Positions 34,530-47,780 of a stretch of DNA of 64,000 nt are shown in pieces; position 1 is the stretch's first letter, and each line of letters begins with the position of its first letter. This DNA comes from Leidyana gryllorum EB-2025a (taxonomy: Eukaryota > Protista > Apicomplexa). The stretch lies in contig JBLWGC010000104.1 of assembly GCA_048772705.1 (NCBI GenBank), forward strand, positions 1,178,001 to 1,242,000, given 5' to 3'. The position numbers and the translations under genes were made by a program. The notes under the pieces are model-generated. The model saw only the letters and a program-made list of their open reading frames with translations. It had not been told where the DNA came from and did not search any database.

Positions 34530-34569
34530 GTTAGTGTCACTCACTTTTTCCGTCTTGGCAGTCTGTGAT

Positions 34570-36774
34570 ATGCCCGAAAATTCAGTCCATGAGGATGCCA
34601 CCCCGATATCACAGCCACCAGACGCTAGTGCTAGTCTAGATTCTGATGATTCTGCAAATGATGTAGAGGAACCCTCCACCGAAGTTCTACCCACCACCCG
34701 CAGTACTAAAATATCGTGGAAGGGCTTGGCCAAGAAAGTCCTGGTCTCGAGCGCCCAACCAGTATCGAACAAGGTACTCATAACCTCCTCCCAATGGTAT
34801 TCAAATATCGGTACCAAGGCGGCAATATGGGGTGATAACAGCGCTGCCACCGCCACCACCACAACCGCCTCCAGTAATAATAACAAGATGAGCATGTCGC
34901 CTGTGATGGTAGGCACAGATTCGGGAGGCCCGCTTGCCCCCGACACGGCCACTCAATGTGTCTCGAGTGCGTACAAAGATGAGTACGGAGCCGAAGTCGG
35001 GCATCACATGATTGAAATTTGGGTCGACAAGATACTACCCAACTGGCAGTGGACTGTTCGCAGTCAACCCAAAGACTCCAAACTTCTCAGATCTCTCATC
35101 TCCCTGGGAGTTCCGTGCGACATTCGTGGGGAGTACTGGAAAAGAGTAAGTCTTGTGAATCGCTGGGCCTTTATTGGACCGAATGGAAGACAACGATCTT
35201 TTATATTGTGGAGTTGAGCTTCTTCTCTCTCACTCAGTCGTGCCCGTGAAACCGTTCTCACTCATGTCCTCTCTGCACAGATAATTGGGAACCAACTATG
35301 TCTGAGTCCTGAGTATTACCGAATTCTCTTAGTGAAGGTGTCGGCAATACGAACAAGTCTAACGGCTGTATCTGCACGGTATGCATCGGGAATAGCTGCA
35401 AGTTTTGCAGTGGCGTCGACCCCCAAGACCAGTGAGTGTCACAAGTCGGAGCCACCGGGCGGGTTGCCTCCGCTGCACAGATCGTCGACCGCACGCGAAT
35501 TCAGTGAAACGTCCACGCCCAAGTATTCTGAATTGAATAGAAGGTTCACCATTGACGGCACCCTGAGTTATAACAGAGGTTCTCTGTTAGCGGTGAGCCC
35601 TACATCAAGGAGAGCGGGTTGTGAGAGTCAGCAGGGCGGCGACACGAATGGTCCAACGGAGATGCAACTTGGCCCAGGGGATATGACTGCTCGGGGAAGT
35701 GTGATGAGAGGATCGGGGCAACCGGACCTGTCGACACCGGCGAGGTACGAAGTGGAGTTGGTGCGCAAATCCTTCGAGGCAATTGCGGTTGATCTCCACC
35801 GCACAGTTCCTCGACATGCAATTGGGCAATCGGTGAGTCTCCTTGGGCGCGGCCGTTCCCTTAGTACATGTCGCTCCAGTCTGGCGTGCAGGCAGACACG
35901 GGACGTTCGGTGACATTGTCGCTGTCACTCATCGAGTCGTTGAGGGCGGTTTTGGAGGCGTTTGTGGTGTACAGACCGGACATTGGCTACGTGCAAGGAA
36001 TGGCATACTTGGCCGTGACTTTCCTATTCGTGATGGACGAGTACTCAGCATTTGTTTGCTTCTCGAATCTGCTGGTGAGGTCGGTTGAGAGAAGTCGTAT
36101 ACCATTGCTGACACAGTTCCGACAAACTTTGAGTGCCTTCTACCGATTTGATCTCAAGACGATTAATCTCTATTGTCGAACCTTTGATCTCTTGCTGGAG
36201 CGAATCTGCCCAAAACTTGCTGACCAAATCAGCAAGTCGACTTTTACATCTGATGTATTTTTGATTGAATGGTGGTTTACTCTATTCACCAGGTGAGCGG
36301 TGTATGAAGCACTATGATGCGTGTTCTCCTCTCAGATCGCTGCCAAATGAGGTGGCGTACCGTGTATGGGATCATTACTTAATAGAGGGCGAGCTGGTAC
36401 TCTTTCAAGCGGCACTGGGGATCATCAAGTGTTTGCGGTCTGAATTGGAAGGTCAGCCAGTGGAACAGTGTATGTTGCTGTTAAGTTCCAGCGGCGAAGG
36501 CACATTGACAGGGTTGACCTGCGAGACGTTCTTTGCCGCTGTGCGAAGTCTCAAACTGTCTCAACGTCGGTTGGAGAGGACAATGGCGGCAGCACAGCAA
36601 AGTATGGATACAATGACGACCTTCCGGCCGGCTTTGGAAGAAGTTACCCGGCATCGACGCAGAGCGTCGCAAATGTCCTTTCTGTTGTCTGGATGGGGTG
36701 GTGGCAATAGCCGAAAAACGCGCAAGCCCCCTCCTCCCCCCCCCGAAAGTCAGCTGTCTGAAAGCACTATGTAG
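34570..36774 (+). CDS. TBC-domain Rab GTPase-activating protein
   Basis: Contains GVPCDIRGEYWK, IAVDLHRT (Arg finger), GYVQGMAYLA (Gln finger), EWWFTLF and RVWDHYLIEGELVLFQAALGI. Confidence 0.9.
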
Positions 36775-36794
36775 TCACAAAAAACCCGTTCTGT

Positions 36795-39700
36795 ATGGAG
36801 AGCCCAACCCGCGTCTCCCTGAGTCCATCACTGAAGCGATCAAGGATTAGTGGGGCTTACTGGACGAAGCGGTGGCGGGTAAAAGCGTACGACAAAGCTT
36901 TCATTGTTGAACCCAATCTGACCCACTGGGAGGATCCCTTTTGTCAACGCGATGGGCTGCGAGAAGGAACCAATGTGCAAGATTTGGTGAAAGCGGGTCC
37001 GCCGCAACTTATCCTTCTGCGTCAGAAACCCGATATAGTGGAGATTCCCCACTCATCTCACTTGACTCTACCGAGAGGCTATTATGGCCGGTGTCAATGT
37101 ACTTTGCAGGTAGGCAGACCTCATTTTGGATTGTTGTCGCACTTGAGCATCATTCCAGTTCGACGCACTTTTGGGTATTCTCAACATCAAGGCCTACCGC
37201 TTTCTTGTGTTGGCAGTTGACAGCGAGATTGTAGCGTCTCTGCCACCAGACTGCAGTCCTCTCGGCGTGTTGGAGGCTGACGAGAACCAGGATATTGTCC
37301 TCGAACGTTTGGCTTCAGTGTTTCCTCCTCAACGCCACATCCATGTCTGCGAGAACGTTGTGGTTCTTCCGTTCCACATACCCTCAAATATCTATTTGGG
37401 AGTAAAACTCAATGTGGACATTACTCACACCAATGACCACTTGCGTTCTGCTTCTAATGAACATCGCGGATCCCGACGTGCATCTGCAACGGACACCGAG
37501 CGCGTTCCGCGTACTTCAGTCACAGAGTACTACGAGGCGCGTGGGAAGTAAGTTCTGCACAACGATATCGACAACGACAACAAAATCCCCCGCTCCCCTC
37601 CTCCGTCTCGTCCCCTCTCTCACTTCCAACTCATCTCACTTTCCTCCGTAGACGGTCGCTGACGCCAACCCCTATCGAGCACAACGTGGATTTCCGAGTT
37701 GGTGACCAGGAGACAAAATCGATGGAGGATTTGCTGGGGGATGTGACCGCTCAGGTGCTGGAGATTGAGAAACTGCTGGCAAAGCGGACCTTCTTCTATT
37801 CCTATGATGTAGATTTGATGCGTGGTTTACAACGCCAGTATTTGGATTACAAGCAGAGAGACGTGCTGGCGGTACCCCAGCCGGTTCCAGTCTGGCACAA
37901 GATTTACTCATACCGCGACACTGCAAAAAGGCCCAGTCTCTTTGACCTGGGACCGTCCAAGTTTATCTGGAACACTGCTATGGCGCGTCCACTGTGGGAG
38001 CAAGGTACAGACAGTGCGTGGGTGACTCCGATAATTCAAGGTGAGACAGCAGCCAAGACACTTGGAGACGCCGTCATGCCGTTACCGCTTACAGGCAGCG
38101 TTGCGTCAACGTTTGTTAATATGGGAGACCAACTCTTGCGGATGCTTATCATTGGAAGACGTTCGTCAGCCAGAGGAGGCACGCGGTATTTCGCGCGCGG
38201 GGTCAACGAAGCCGGAGATGTAAGTGAGTGTGTTTCATGCGCGCCCAGGGCCGTCCACGATTGTCATTCCAGGTTGCCAACTTCTGCGAGAGCGAACTCC
38301 TGGCCTGTCTGTATGCTGCCGCTGACGAGTCTGATACCGCCAATAGCGCTGCGGACCAGGGGGGAAAAGCGGATCCCGGCTCCCCTAACCGTCAATTGCG
38401 ATTCCCAGCGTCCAGCTTGGGACAACCCAGCGGCGGCTGGTTCAGCTTCCTCCAGATCCGAGGGTCCGTACCACTCTTCTGGGAGCAGAACAACTTTGGG
38501 ATCAACCCAGCGCCGAAAGTCACCGGATCCAACACCAGCAACATGAAAGCCTTCGTCAAGCACCAGAAGCGCCTGGAACAACGATATGGCAAAATTCACT
38601 ACCTCGATCTATTGTCGGCCCATAAACAAGGCGAAGTCAAAATATCCGAAGCCTTCAAGAGTGCACTGGAATCACACAAAGTCTGCAAACGAGCTGATTT
38701 GGTGGGGGTTGTTGGAGCTGATCAATGGACATATCGAGGTTGGGACTTTCACACGATGGTGAGTCGGACACGTTCAACCACCACGACCACTTCCTCTCTA
38801 CAGACTCAACAGTTCGGGTTTGAAGACTCATTGGGACTGTTTAACGCAAAACATCATATCGCTGACTATTTGGCTACGGTTGGTCATTTCCACACTATCG
38901 GTCCCCGGCTGCAGAACGGCGTGTTCCGTACCAATTGCTTGGACTGTCTTGATCGAACCAACGTTATGCAGTGGTTCCTCTGTCAACGTCAGCTGATAGA
39001 ATTCCTGAAGAAGACGCCTGCTGGTACTCAGGCGATAGCTGCTCAAGGCATCAAATACAGTACGTCTCCTTACAGCCCCAGGAGAGATTGTTGAATCGTT
39101 GCATTCAGATCATGAGCTCTATGGCTGGTTAATTCGGCAAACTGACGACGCCAAGGCGATCAACGCGTTTCTGACGGGAAGTCGTCCCACCGTCGTCTTG
39201 CTGCCACAACTCGTGCAGCCAAAACCAAGGTATTGGGGTAAGTGTCGACTCCAAAGAGACCTGTTTGCGTTATCTTCGCTGCTATCCACAGACTATTCAG
39301 CTCATCTGAGAGTTCCCGCCCCTTTTCCGGATCCCGCAGGCGCTGTCAAGAAAGCATTCTACCGGCCGCCTCAGGGACCGGATCTGCCAGAATACCGAGT
39401 TTATTTTGTCGGAGGATGGACTGATGACTTATTAAGTATAACCTATTATCGGCCCGCGGAGCCCAACAAGACGGGTGGCGACGGTACAACTGGTAACGGA
39501 GTCAGCAGCCTCTCGCAGCCGCCCAAGTCCACCTTTACTCCATCGCTTCCTGCTCCGCCCGAGACGGACGTTGCTGCAGTGTCGGAAGGCACTGGCGCTC
39601 TGGAACATGGTCGCGGCTCAGATGATGATGGACCAGTGGTGGTAGGAGTTCCGTTGGGTGTGGTGGCTTCCAGTCCCGAAGGTCGAGTTCCGATGACATA

Positions 39701-41204
39701 CGTCATGAAAGACGCTTTCAGTTCTCTGTGGGCGGACTTGGGAGATCTGATCTCGGCGGCTTACACAGGCACTGGCTCGGTGCTGACCCCTCTGATGAAG
39801 AGTGGCAAATCAACCTTGTTGACCAACCTGACGCATTGGAAGCGTACTGTGGGTCGACTCTACAAACACAACTTCGAGGACAAGACGCGCCAAGAAAGTA
39901 TTGATCTCATACTGGGCCTCCACAGATGGTCAGCCTTGAGCTTGGAGGGCGGAATGCACAGTTCCGAGAGTCATCCGAGCGGTGGGGTACCCACTACTGG
40001 TACCTCATTCCCTCATTCCCTGGACGCCGCAGAATTCCGTGCCCCTCCCTCGAACTTCAACTTGAATGTGTGGGTTGGAACCTGGAACGTTGCCGGAGGG
40101 AGCGCCTTGGTGTCCGAGGACCTTTCACTGTGGCTGAAACCTCCAGAGTATCCGCGGGGAGCTGGAAATCAACCCCCTCCCTCTGACATTTACGCTGTCT
40201 GTTTCCAGGAACTGGTGAGAAACTTCCCACCCTCTTTACATAGCCTCCATCACGCCATCAATCTCTCTCTATGCACTCACCACTCTGCTCATAGGTTGAA
40301 TTGACGTCGAGTTGGACACTGCTGAATCAGAATAATAAGGGGCGAGAACAAGAAGCCATAACTGCGGTGCGGAGGGTGTTGGGCGACGCTTATTCAATGT
40401 TGAGCTTTAAGACGATGGTTGGAGTGCATATTTCAGTGTGGATCCGCACGGAGCTGATGGAACATGTGTGGGATTGGGAAGTGTTGGATGCCAAGATGGG
40501 TTTGATGGGAGGTCAAATAGGGAACAAAGGTGCGGTGGCGTTGCGGTTCCGAATGTTCAATCGGCATTGGTGTTTCGTGACGGCTCATCTGGCCCCAGAC
40601 AAGGGGAATGATAAGTCGTTGGAACGCTTACAGCAATTGGAGAAAATCATGAATTTGGTGTTTCCGGAACAGCAACTGGCCGTCGAAGATCACGATTACG
40701 TCTTTATTGGTGGCGACTTTAATTTCCCCGCCATGGCACAAGTATCTGAAATAGAGAAATGGTTACAAGACAGGAACTTCGAGGAATTCCTTAAACATGA
40801 TCAACTCAATTGGCTGCGAGAAAAGGAAACGGCAATCTTCAGGAGGCTGACTGAGGCTCCGGTGGCATTCTGGCCCTCTTACAAGTATAAAAAGGGAACT
40901 TCACAATATGACCGCCGACGGTCACCCAGGTGAGCACTTAAAGTTGAGAAGCGAGGGAATGATTTACGTGATCTTCAGTTGGTGCGACCGAGTGCTTTAC
41001 GGAGGGAAGGCTCTGATACGGTGTCCCGAGGCATTCCGCATCAACAAGTACGACCGAACACGCTTATATTTCACCAGTGACCATAAACCTGTTTATCTCT
41101 CCATGTCGGTGAGCGAGTCTGGATCTGCGGATGACGACGAAGGCGAGGGTTTCGAACCGGCCAGTGCACCGCCGCCGGCTCGCACCACCTTACTCGATTG
41201 GTGA
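36795..41204 (+). CDS. Synaptojanin-like SAC1 + inositol polyphosphate 5-phosphatase
   Basis: The SAC domain has GRRS...GGTRYFARG, VANFCESE, RGSVPLFWEQ and RTNCLDCLDRTN (CX5R). The 5-phosphatase has GTWNV, GNKGAV, GGDFNF, PSYKY, WCDRVL and SDHKPV. Confidence 0.93.
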
Positions 41205-41273
41205 TCAGTCGCTCACTAGCTGCAAGGCACTAGGAAGACGCCGACTTCCACCAAGGCATCTCGCAAGCCTCAT

Positions 41274-41874
41274 TCATGCTGCGAAGAACCACTTGATTGA
41301 CTGCCAAAGACAACAATGATGAGAGAGGGGATGATAAAGAGGAAGGGAGAGCACACGTGGGAGAGAGCGAGAAAGGAAAACGAACAAGAGCGCATGGAGA
41401 AAGCTATCTTGGCACAAGGCTCGCTCTGTACTCGGCAAGATTGCTCTCATGCATCGCTCTGTGTTCCACATCGGGGCAAAAGTGTCTACTTACTGGGGTC
41501 CAAGTATCGATGTAGAGCAGTACGTAGTGCCATCTCCAGTTCGTCCATAGAGTTGACCTCCATATAAGCATTTGCATATTGATCAGCTATGTTCTCTACT
41601 GTCGTTTCTGCTTCTTCGAGGAAGGAAGGCACTTTGTTGACTCTTCCCACTTCGATGTGGGAGACCGCAGGCCAATCAGGAGATTGAGCCGTGAATCCAA
41701 ACGCATTGAGTACTAGTTATCGCGAATTGACCAATTTGTCACCAAAATAAACGTCTCACAGGGTGTCAGAGTCTCGTGTATGACAGTGTCAATCAGAGAC
41801 TGATATTGCCGATAAGATACCTTTTCATAGGCTCTAGCGCCCGGCACGAGCAGCAACGCGTACCACCACAGCAT
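41274..41874 (-). CDS. Small putative secreted protein (multi-exon, 3' end uncertain)
   Basis: MLWWYALLLVPGARA is a signal-like start. An open internal exon reads LNAFGFTAQSPDW...LHRYLDP and is flanked by splice sites. Confidence 0.4.
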
Positions 41875-41946
41875 CCCTTTGTCTGTGCCCTGTGAGGCTA
41901 CAGACTTGGGGAAAAATTTCTTCTTCTTCTTCCGTCGCGCCGCACC

Positions 41947-43499
41947 ATGGAGGAGATGCGAGGTGAGTGCGAACTTGATCCAACCTGAAGTATATGTGCT
42001 ATTCGCAGCGATGCTGGACTCTTTAATGGGAGCCGACCGCAATGCGTTGCCGGAAAGAAGGCAAAACCGCCAGCAACGGTTCAACGACCCAGATGTAAGT
42101 TGAGTGTCGGAGATATCGAATCATACCCTATCAGGTATGCAAATATTTCCTGGTGGACTTCTGTCCCCACGACTTGTTTCCCAATACAAGGAGCGATCTC
42201 GGCCCTTGTTCCAAGATACACAGTGAGGCACTCCGTGACCAGTATCAGAATTCCGAGGAAAAGGAAAGATTCGCTCCAACGTATGAAGCTGATTTCATAA
42301 GTGAGTATTGACCCACGGGATGCAGGATCAGAGGAAGGCCCTACCAAAGCGCTGGTCGGCAACTCACCACCCGGTCTCGGAGTCTGCCTGCTGCTAGCCG
42401 CTCGCTCATCTCGCCTCTTCTGACCTTCATTCCCACCCCAAAAACTACCTCTCACATCTTCTTCGTGCAGAGTTCTTGGAAGAATTGATCACTAATGCTG
42501 AAACTAAGATCGAACGAGCGAATCGCAGAATTGACGCTCCACTGCCGGATTCAGCCCTGCTCTCGGATGAGCAACAGAAACAAGTGGACCGCCTCAATGA
42601 GGAGATCTCTCGGTTACTGGCCGAGGCGGAGAAAGCCGGAGAGAGGGTGAGCATTGGAAACGAGGAAGCTTCACACCATCTCATCTTTGTCCTTGCAGGG
42701 CGACGTCGAAGAGGCTGCGGTGCTGACACGTCAGGTGAATCAATTGCGTAGGGAGGCTGATCGGGCAAGTTCATCTCTTTACGGCTCGTATATCCAACGC
42801 GAACGGTCCTTGCGAGTGTGTCCCATCTGCGGGGCAATGCAGTCTGTGGGGGATTCCATGTCGCGATTCGAATCGCACGTGACGGGAAAGCAGCACCAAG
42901 GGTACGAAAAGATCCGTAGCTGTCTGGAAGAACTAAAGAGGCGCAAAGCAGAACGTGAAAAGAACAATCAGCCGTCATCGTCGAGCACTACCGAACAAGC
43001 TCCACTTTCATCGTCACAGCACTCTGGTGGCGGCAATTCTCATCATAACAATACTCGTACTCGGCCGTCGGACAGTAGGTCGTCCCAGGAACGGCGCCCT
43101 GTCAAAAGGTATCGTGATGACCGAAGACACCATGATCGACGTGGTTGGCAACAAAGCCCCGGCCGCGGATCACGGTCCCCTTCACCGAGGCGGTACCGAG
43201 GCGCCGATGACGGCAGGTGGGGCGCCGGCAGTGATGAAGGCGGCGCCCGACGCGGTGGGCCACCCTCGCGGCGCCGGTACCATCCTGACGACGAGTCATC
43301 ATACCATTCTTCTTCTCGGGGAAGCAATAATCGTCGGTGGCGGGAAGACCGCCGCCGTGGTGAGCGCGTGAGCAGTCCAGGCGGCGGCCATCACAGGCAC
43401 CATCATCACGAGGACGATGGGGAGCCCGAAGAGGGTGAGTATACAACTGAGGAACAACAGCAGCAGGCGACCACAAAAGAGTGTCAAAACTCCAAGTAG
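41947..43499 (+). CDS. LUC7: LUC7-family U1 snRNP splicing factor with RS/RG-rich tail
   Basis: MR-AMLDSLMG.DRN, VCKYFLVDFCPHDLFPNTRSDLGPCSKIH (ZnF1) and LRVCPICGA...SHVTGKQHQGY (ZnF2). Confidence 0.95.
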
Positions 43500-43586
43500 A
43501 AGCGCTCAACAGAGATTATATTGGTATCCGAACGAATACACACGTGTGTATAGACACACGCGTGTCTCACGCACTTCGTTCGATCG

Positions 43587-44312
43587 ATGGTACGGCTGCT
43601 TGGTTTCATTATGCTGTGTTGGTGCGTTTCTTCGGTAACTGCACAGGAGTCTACGAGTACGTCTACGACAACCGGAAGGCCGGAGGCCCAACTTGACGCC
43701 CGGAGCATGATGGACGTGCTGAAGATCTCGAACTCCGTGGCAGATCGCGAAGGGCAGTTGGTGAGACCGAGTTACATGTGAATGCCTTTTGTACGCATCA
43801 ATCCATTCCGTTTCGAACAGAACCAACTACTTCCTTATCTACAAGGCATGTTTGATGACATCAAAAAGTATCGCGATCCGTCCGTCCAACCGAGTGTTCT
43901 CGTGAGTTCATCCAATTATTTGTCGTGTTCCCCCATACCTCCCACACCCATTCTCATGAGATAGAACTCTGATATCACTGCGCATATTGTTGACCCCGTC
44001 GCCATTGCGCAGAAGCGCAAACGCCTCGAGATCATGCTCAAAGAATCCGCCGCCGATCAAGGTTGGTTGACTGATAGCTCGATCCCGTGCGTACTTCGGT
44101 ACGCACTCCCGTTACCATCTTTTTGCAGCCGCTATAGCCCCAGACCACTCAGCGCTGCCTGGGATCAGCTCCAAGCCCATCATCATTCTTGAGCCGAGAA
44201 AGCTCTCCGGATTCGAGTGGATGGCTTACGTACGTCGTCCTCCTGTTTCGTCTTTGACATGGTCACTGTTGCGCAGAAAGAAATCTTGTCGTGTACCCGA
44301 GACCACGTCTAA
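43587..44312 (+). CDS. Putative secreted orphan protein (5 exons)
   Basis: Signal peptide MVRLLGFIMLCWCVSSVTAQ. Four short GT-AG introns keep the frame open to TAA at 44310-44312. Confidence 0.55.
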
Positions 44313-45805
44313 ATGCCTCGAGGCCGAACGTCGTCCTCGGACACGTCCCGCACTACCACTTGAGCATAATTTGATATTCTACAGGAAGAACATATAGGCA
44401 TCGGTTCCGAACGGATCTGCACCCACCTGGGATCCGCGTTCAATCCCTGCGCAAAGTCGTAGGAGATGGCCACTGCCATTCTAGTGCCATCATGAGAGAA
44501 CGCCAAAGAGGTGATCGATGTTGGAAACGGCCGATTGAGCCTCCAGAGACGCTTTTTGCGGAGACCGTCCCATACAGACACGGACCCGTCCCCACCTCCA
44601 GTCGCGAATGTATTGAACCTATGTCGAAATTGTTGGAACAGAATAATGCAAACAACGCACAGTCGAGTCTCAATCAGGAGACTCGTCAGTATATCTTAAT
44701 TGCACGAATTCACTCACCGATTGTGGAACGCAATGGCATTGACCGGGAAAATCCTATCCGTTTGACCTCTACGGAGCATGGGATCTTCCTGGAACACGGG
44801 ATCATCATCGGGTATTTTCTCTCGATGACACTTGAAGGCGTAACATTTGCGGTTTGCGAGCTCGGGAGGATGATCAATCTGCGACAGAAGCATTCGAATC
44901 TGCAAGTGGGAGCGGACGACTCACATGAGTTGCTCTGGTGGCATTTGTCTTCGGTTTGAAGAATTCATAATGGACTTTCCCCTCAACGGAGCCGACAGCG
45001 AAGCCTGTGCCATCTGCGAAGGCCTCTATACAACGGATTTGGTACTTGACCACATTGCTGAGCGAGCGAAGGGAGGGTAGGTTGTGATCTGGGATAGACT
45101 TACTCTCGAATTTCTTCCGCTTTTTCAAGTCGCCTATAGTCATAAATGTGTATTCGCTTTTCGCTATCGCCGACAATGATCTTCCCATAGGCTGCTTCAG
45201 TATGTGTGCAAGCCATCGAGAACACTTTGGCTTCAATATTGAGTCTATGGCATATATTCTTGGTTCTGGCATCCCACGCTCCAACAGTTTTATCCCAACT
45301 GCCCGAAAAGACAAGTCCTGCGAAGGTGTCATCATTATTTGCATCCAGTGAAGCAGAATAGAGGGTTCGGGTATCGGAGGAGTAAGGTTACTCACCTGTT
45401 TCGGGAGCGAAGCGCACACATTTGACGGCTTCGCTGTGTTTTCCAATGAGATAGTCCTTCTCTGCCTCGAAATTGTACTGCCGAAGATCTCTGTATAAGC
45501 AGGTTTATCAGCATAGCGGTATAAATTGAAGTGCTCACCTAGCTAGGCCTCCAGAGGCGGCGACTGTAGCGTCTCTGAGGAAGCAGCAATCGAGGACGGC
45601 GTGGTCGTGTGGATGAACGCCCCTGACCGTGTTGAGGTCCACATCATAGAGTCTGACAGCCTGAAGTTCGTAATTGTGATATTTGTCCCGAGTTGGTACT
45701 TACGTTGTCCCAGCTCGAGACCAAAAGTAGGTTGGAGGTATCTGTGGGCGCAAAGACGACGCGGCTAATGGCATCGGAAGGACTCTGCTGCAACTCGGTG
45801 GTCAT
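44309..45805 (-). CDS. BUB3: BUB3 (Rae1/Bub3 family) WD40 spindle-checkpoint protein
   Basis: Contains PSDAISRVVF...LLVSSWD, KYQIRCI..F..GTGFAVGSVEGKV, YAFKCHR, FPVNAIAFH, TFATGGGDG.VSVWDG.RKKRL and PTSITSLAFS.DG. Confidence 0.88.
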
Positions 45806-45972
45806 CCGGGGCGAAAATTAATGGGGCTGAGTTGATTTTGGCGAGGGTAGAGATGTACTGTTGGGTGGTGATGTGACTGAGTAGGCGTTGATTGTCTCAT
45901 ATGTGGGGTTGGGGGTTTGGTTTGGCACAGATTTGATGGCCTAGAAGTTTTGTTGGTTGGGCGCTTAGCAGG

Positions 45973-47596
45973 ATGCATTACTACACTGGACAGCAGGGAC
46001 GGAACGGTTATCACCACCACTATAGAGCGCCATCGTCGAGCGTTCCGTACGTCTCATTCGCAGATCGGCGACGGTTGCATGAGCTGCAATTGCAGCAGCA
46101 ATGCGTGGTAGCAGCCCCGATGCCTTTCCACCAGCCTATGGCAGTGGAGGTGGCGCCGGTGGCGCCAATGGCGCTGGCCGCACCAGTGTCAATGCCAACG
46201 TCAGCAGCGCCTGTGTACCAACCAGTTGCAGAGCGGCCGTCGCGGGCGGCTCTGACCTACAGTCAGTGCGAGATTCTGGGTGTGGAAGCACCTGAGGCTC
46301 CGAAATCGTCCGAAATAAGAAGAAATCTTCCGATGACGCTCGAGGAGATGAAGGCCCAGAATGATGCCAATCTTAAGCTGACGGCGAACTCGCACGTTCA
46401 GGGCATCTACAAACAGCTCGAGACGTCTCCTATGCCGAACGCGGGCGCTGCTGCAGCCCAAGAACGGGTGCGAATCACCGACATTGAAAAGGCAAAGGCC
46501 ATACTCGCACAACTGAATCCCGATGTCAAAGACCCGGAGGCTCTTCTAAAAGTCTTGATCGACCACGTCTCCGGCAAGCCGGTCGATATAAAACCCGAGA
46601 TGTTCGACCTCCAGAACGCCCAACAGTTGCTTCTACCCACGAGTGCCCCCCCGGGTACAGACCCAAGCACTCTCGCCCCTTCCAGTGAGTTTGCTGAAGT
46701 TTTTGCTCAGCACACGAATACATCATTGCCGTACAGATGAGGGTGGCTTCAAAGCCAGTCATTCTTTCGTGATGCGACAGAGCAGTGGCGAAGAACAAGA
46801 GTTTGTGGTCGCGAAGGTCATCGAAAGTCCGGAAGTGCTCGCTGTCAGCGATTTACTCGGCCCGTTGGAATGTCAAGATCTCGTTACACTCGCGGGTTCT
46901 GTCTACGTTCCCGCTCGCATTTCTGTGATGCGGTTGCGATGCGATGATGACACTCTGACTTTTGCCATTCCTGATGTAAGTGGCTGAGACGGACGTTTCT
47001 CTCACATTCCGCACGTCGGCTTTGACTTGTCTCTTTTCTGCAGGATCTGTCTGACATGGAGTTTCCAGTGCCCTCGGTGGTATCAACCGCCAAGACGAAC
47101 ACTGTGGCTTGTCTGCATCTAGACTCCTACCGCGAGACCAACATTTGGCCTTTCTTGCGATCAGTGACGGCTCGGGCGGCGGCTGTGTGTCGTTGCTCGC
47201 CAGACAAGATTCCCAACATCCTAATTGAGAAGTATGAGCCCGGCCAATTCGCCAAGCAGTTACATAATTCAAACAAGCGAATGGGAACGGTTATCATTGG
47301 ACTGAGTCCGAAAGGTATGTGAGATTCAGATACTGTGTGCTCTTTCACTGTACCGCACAGCCAATGCGGGGAGTGGCGGCGCGTTGGCCTTCCCGGCAGC
47401 TCAGCTGGAAATAACTGCCAAACAAGGAATGGCCATCTGGATCCCAGCATGCTATCCAGACACCATTCCACAGTCGCCTACTGATGCAGGGGAAATGTCC
47501 CACTTGATGGTGCCAGACATTCGCACCGAGTATGGCGTGACGGAGATCAAGGAGAACGAGCCATTGTACTACGCCGTGATGCACGTCCTTCTTTGA
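45973..47596 (+). CDS. Low-complexity N-terminus fused to a degenerate prolyl-4-hydroxylase-like 2OG-Fe(II) domain
   Basis: An intron at ~46685-46736 joins the ORFs. SPEVLAVSDLLGPLECQDLV, KYEPGQF, RMGTVIIGLS and GGALAFP...ITAKQGMAIW follow the P4Hc pattern. Confidence 0.65.
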
Positions 47597-47780
47597 TGAG
47601 CTCCTCACCTCAATAGCCACCCAACGAACTAGACATAGTGCACACTAGACCCTATCACACCATTGCAAATCTGTCCCCGGAACTACTGTGGAGAGGGCAA
47701 GAGGCCAATGAAGAATAGTTCTGCTGAGTGATGACGAACGGGTGGGCGCGTTCCTTCCGAGTAGAAAAAGACTATTGCAC

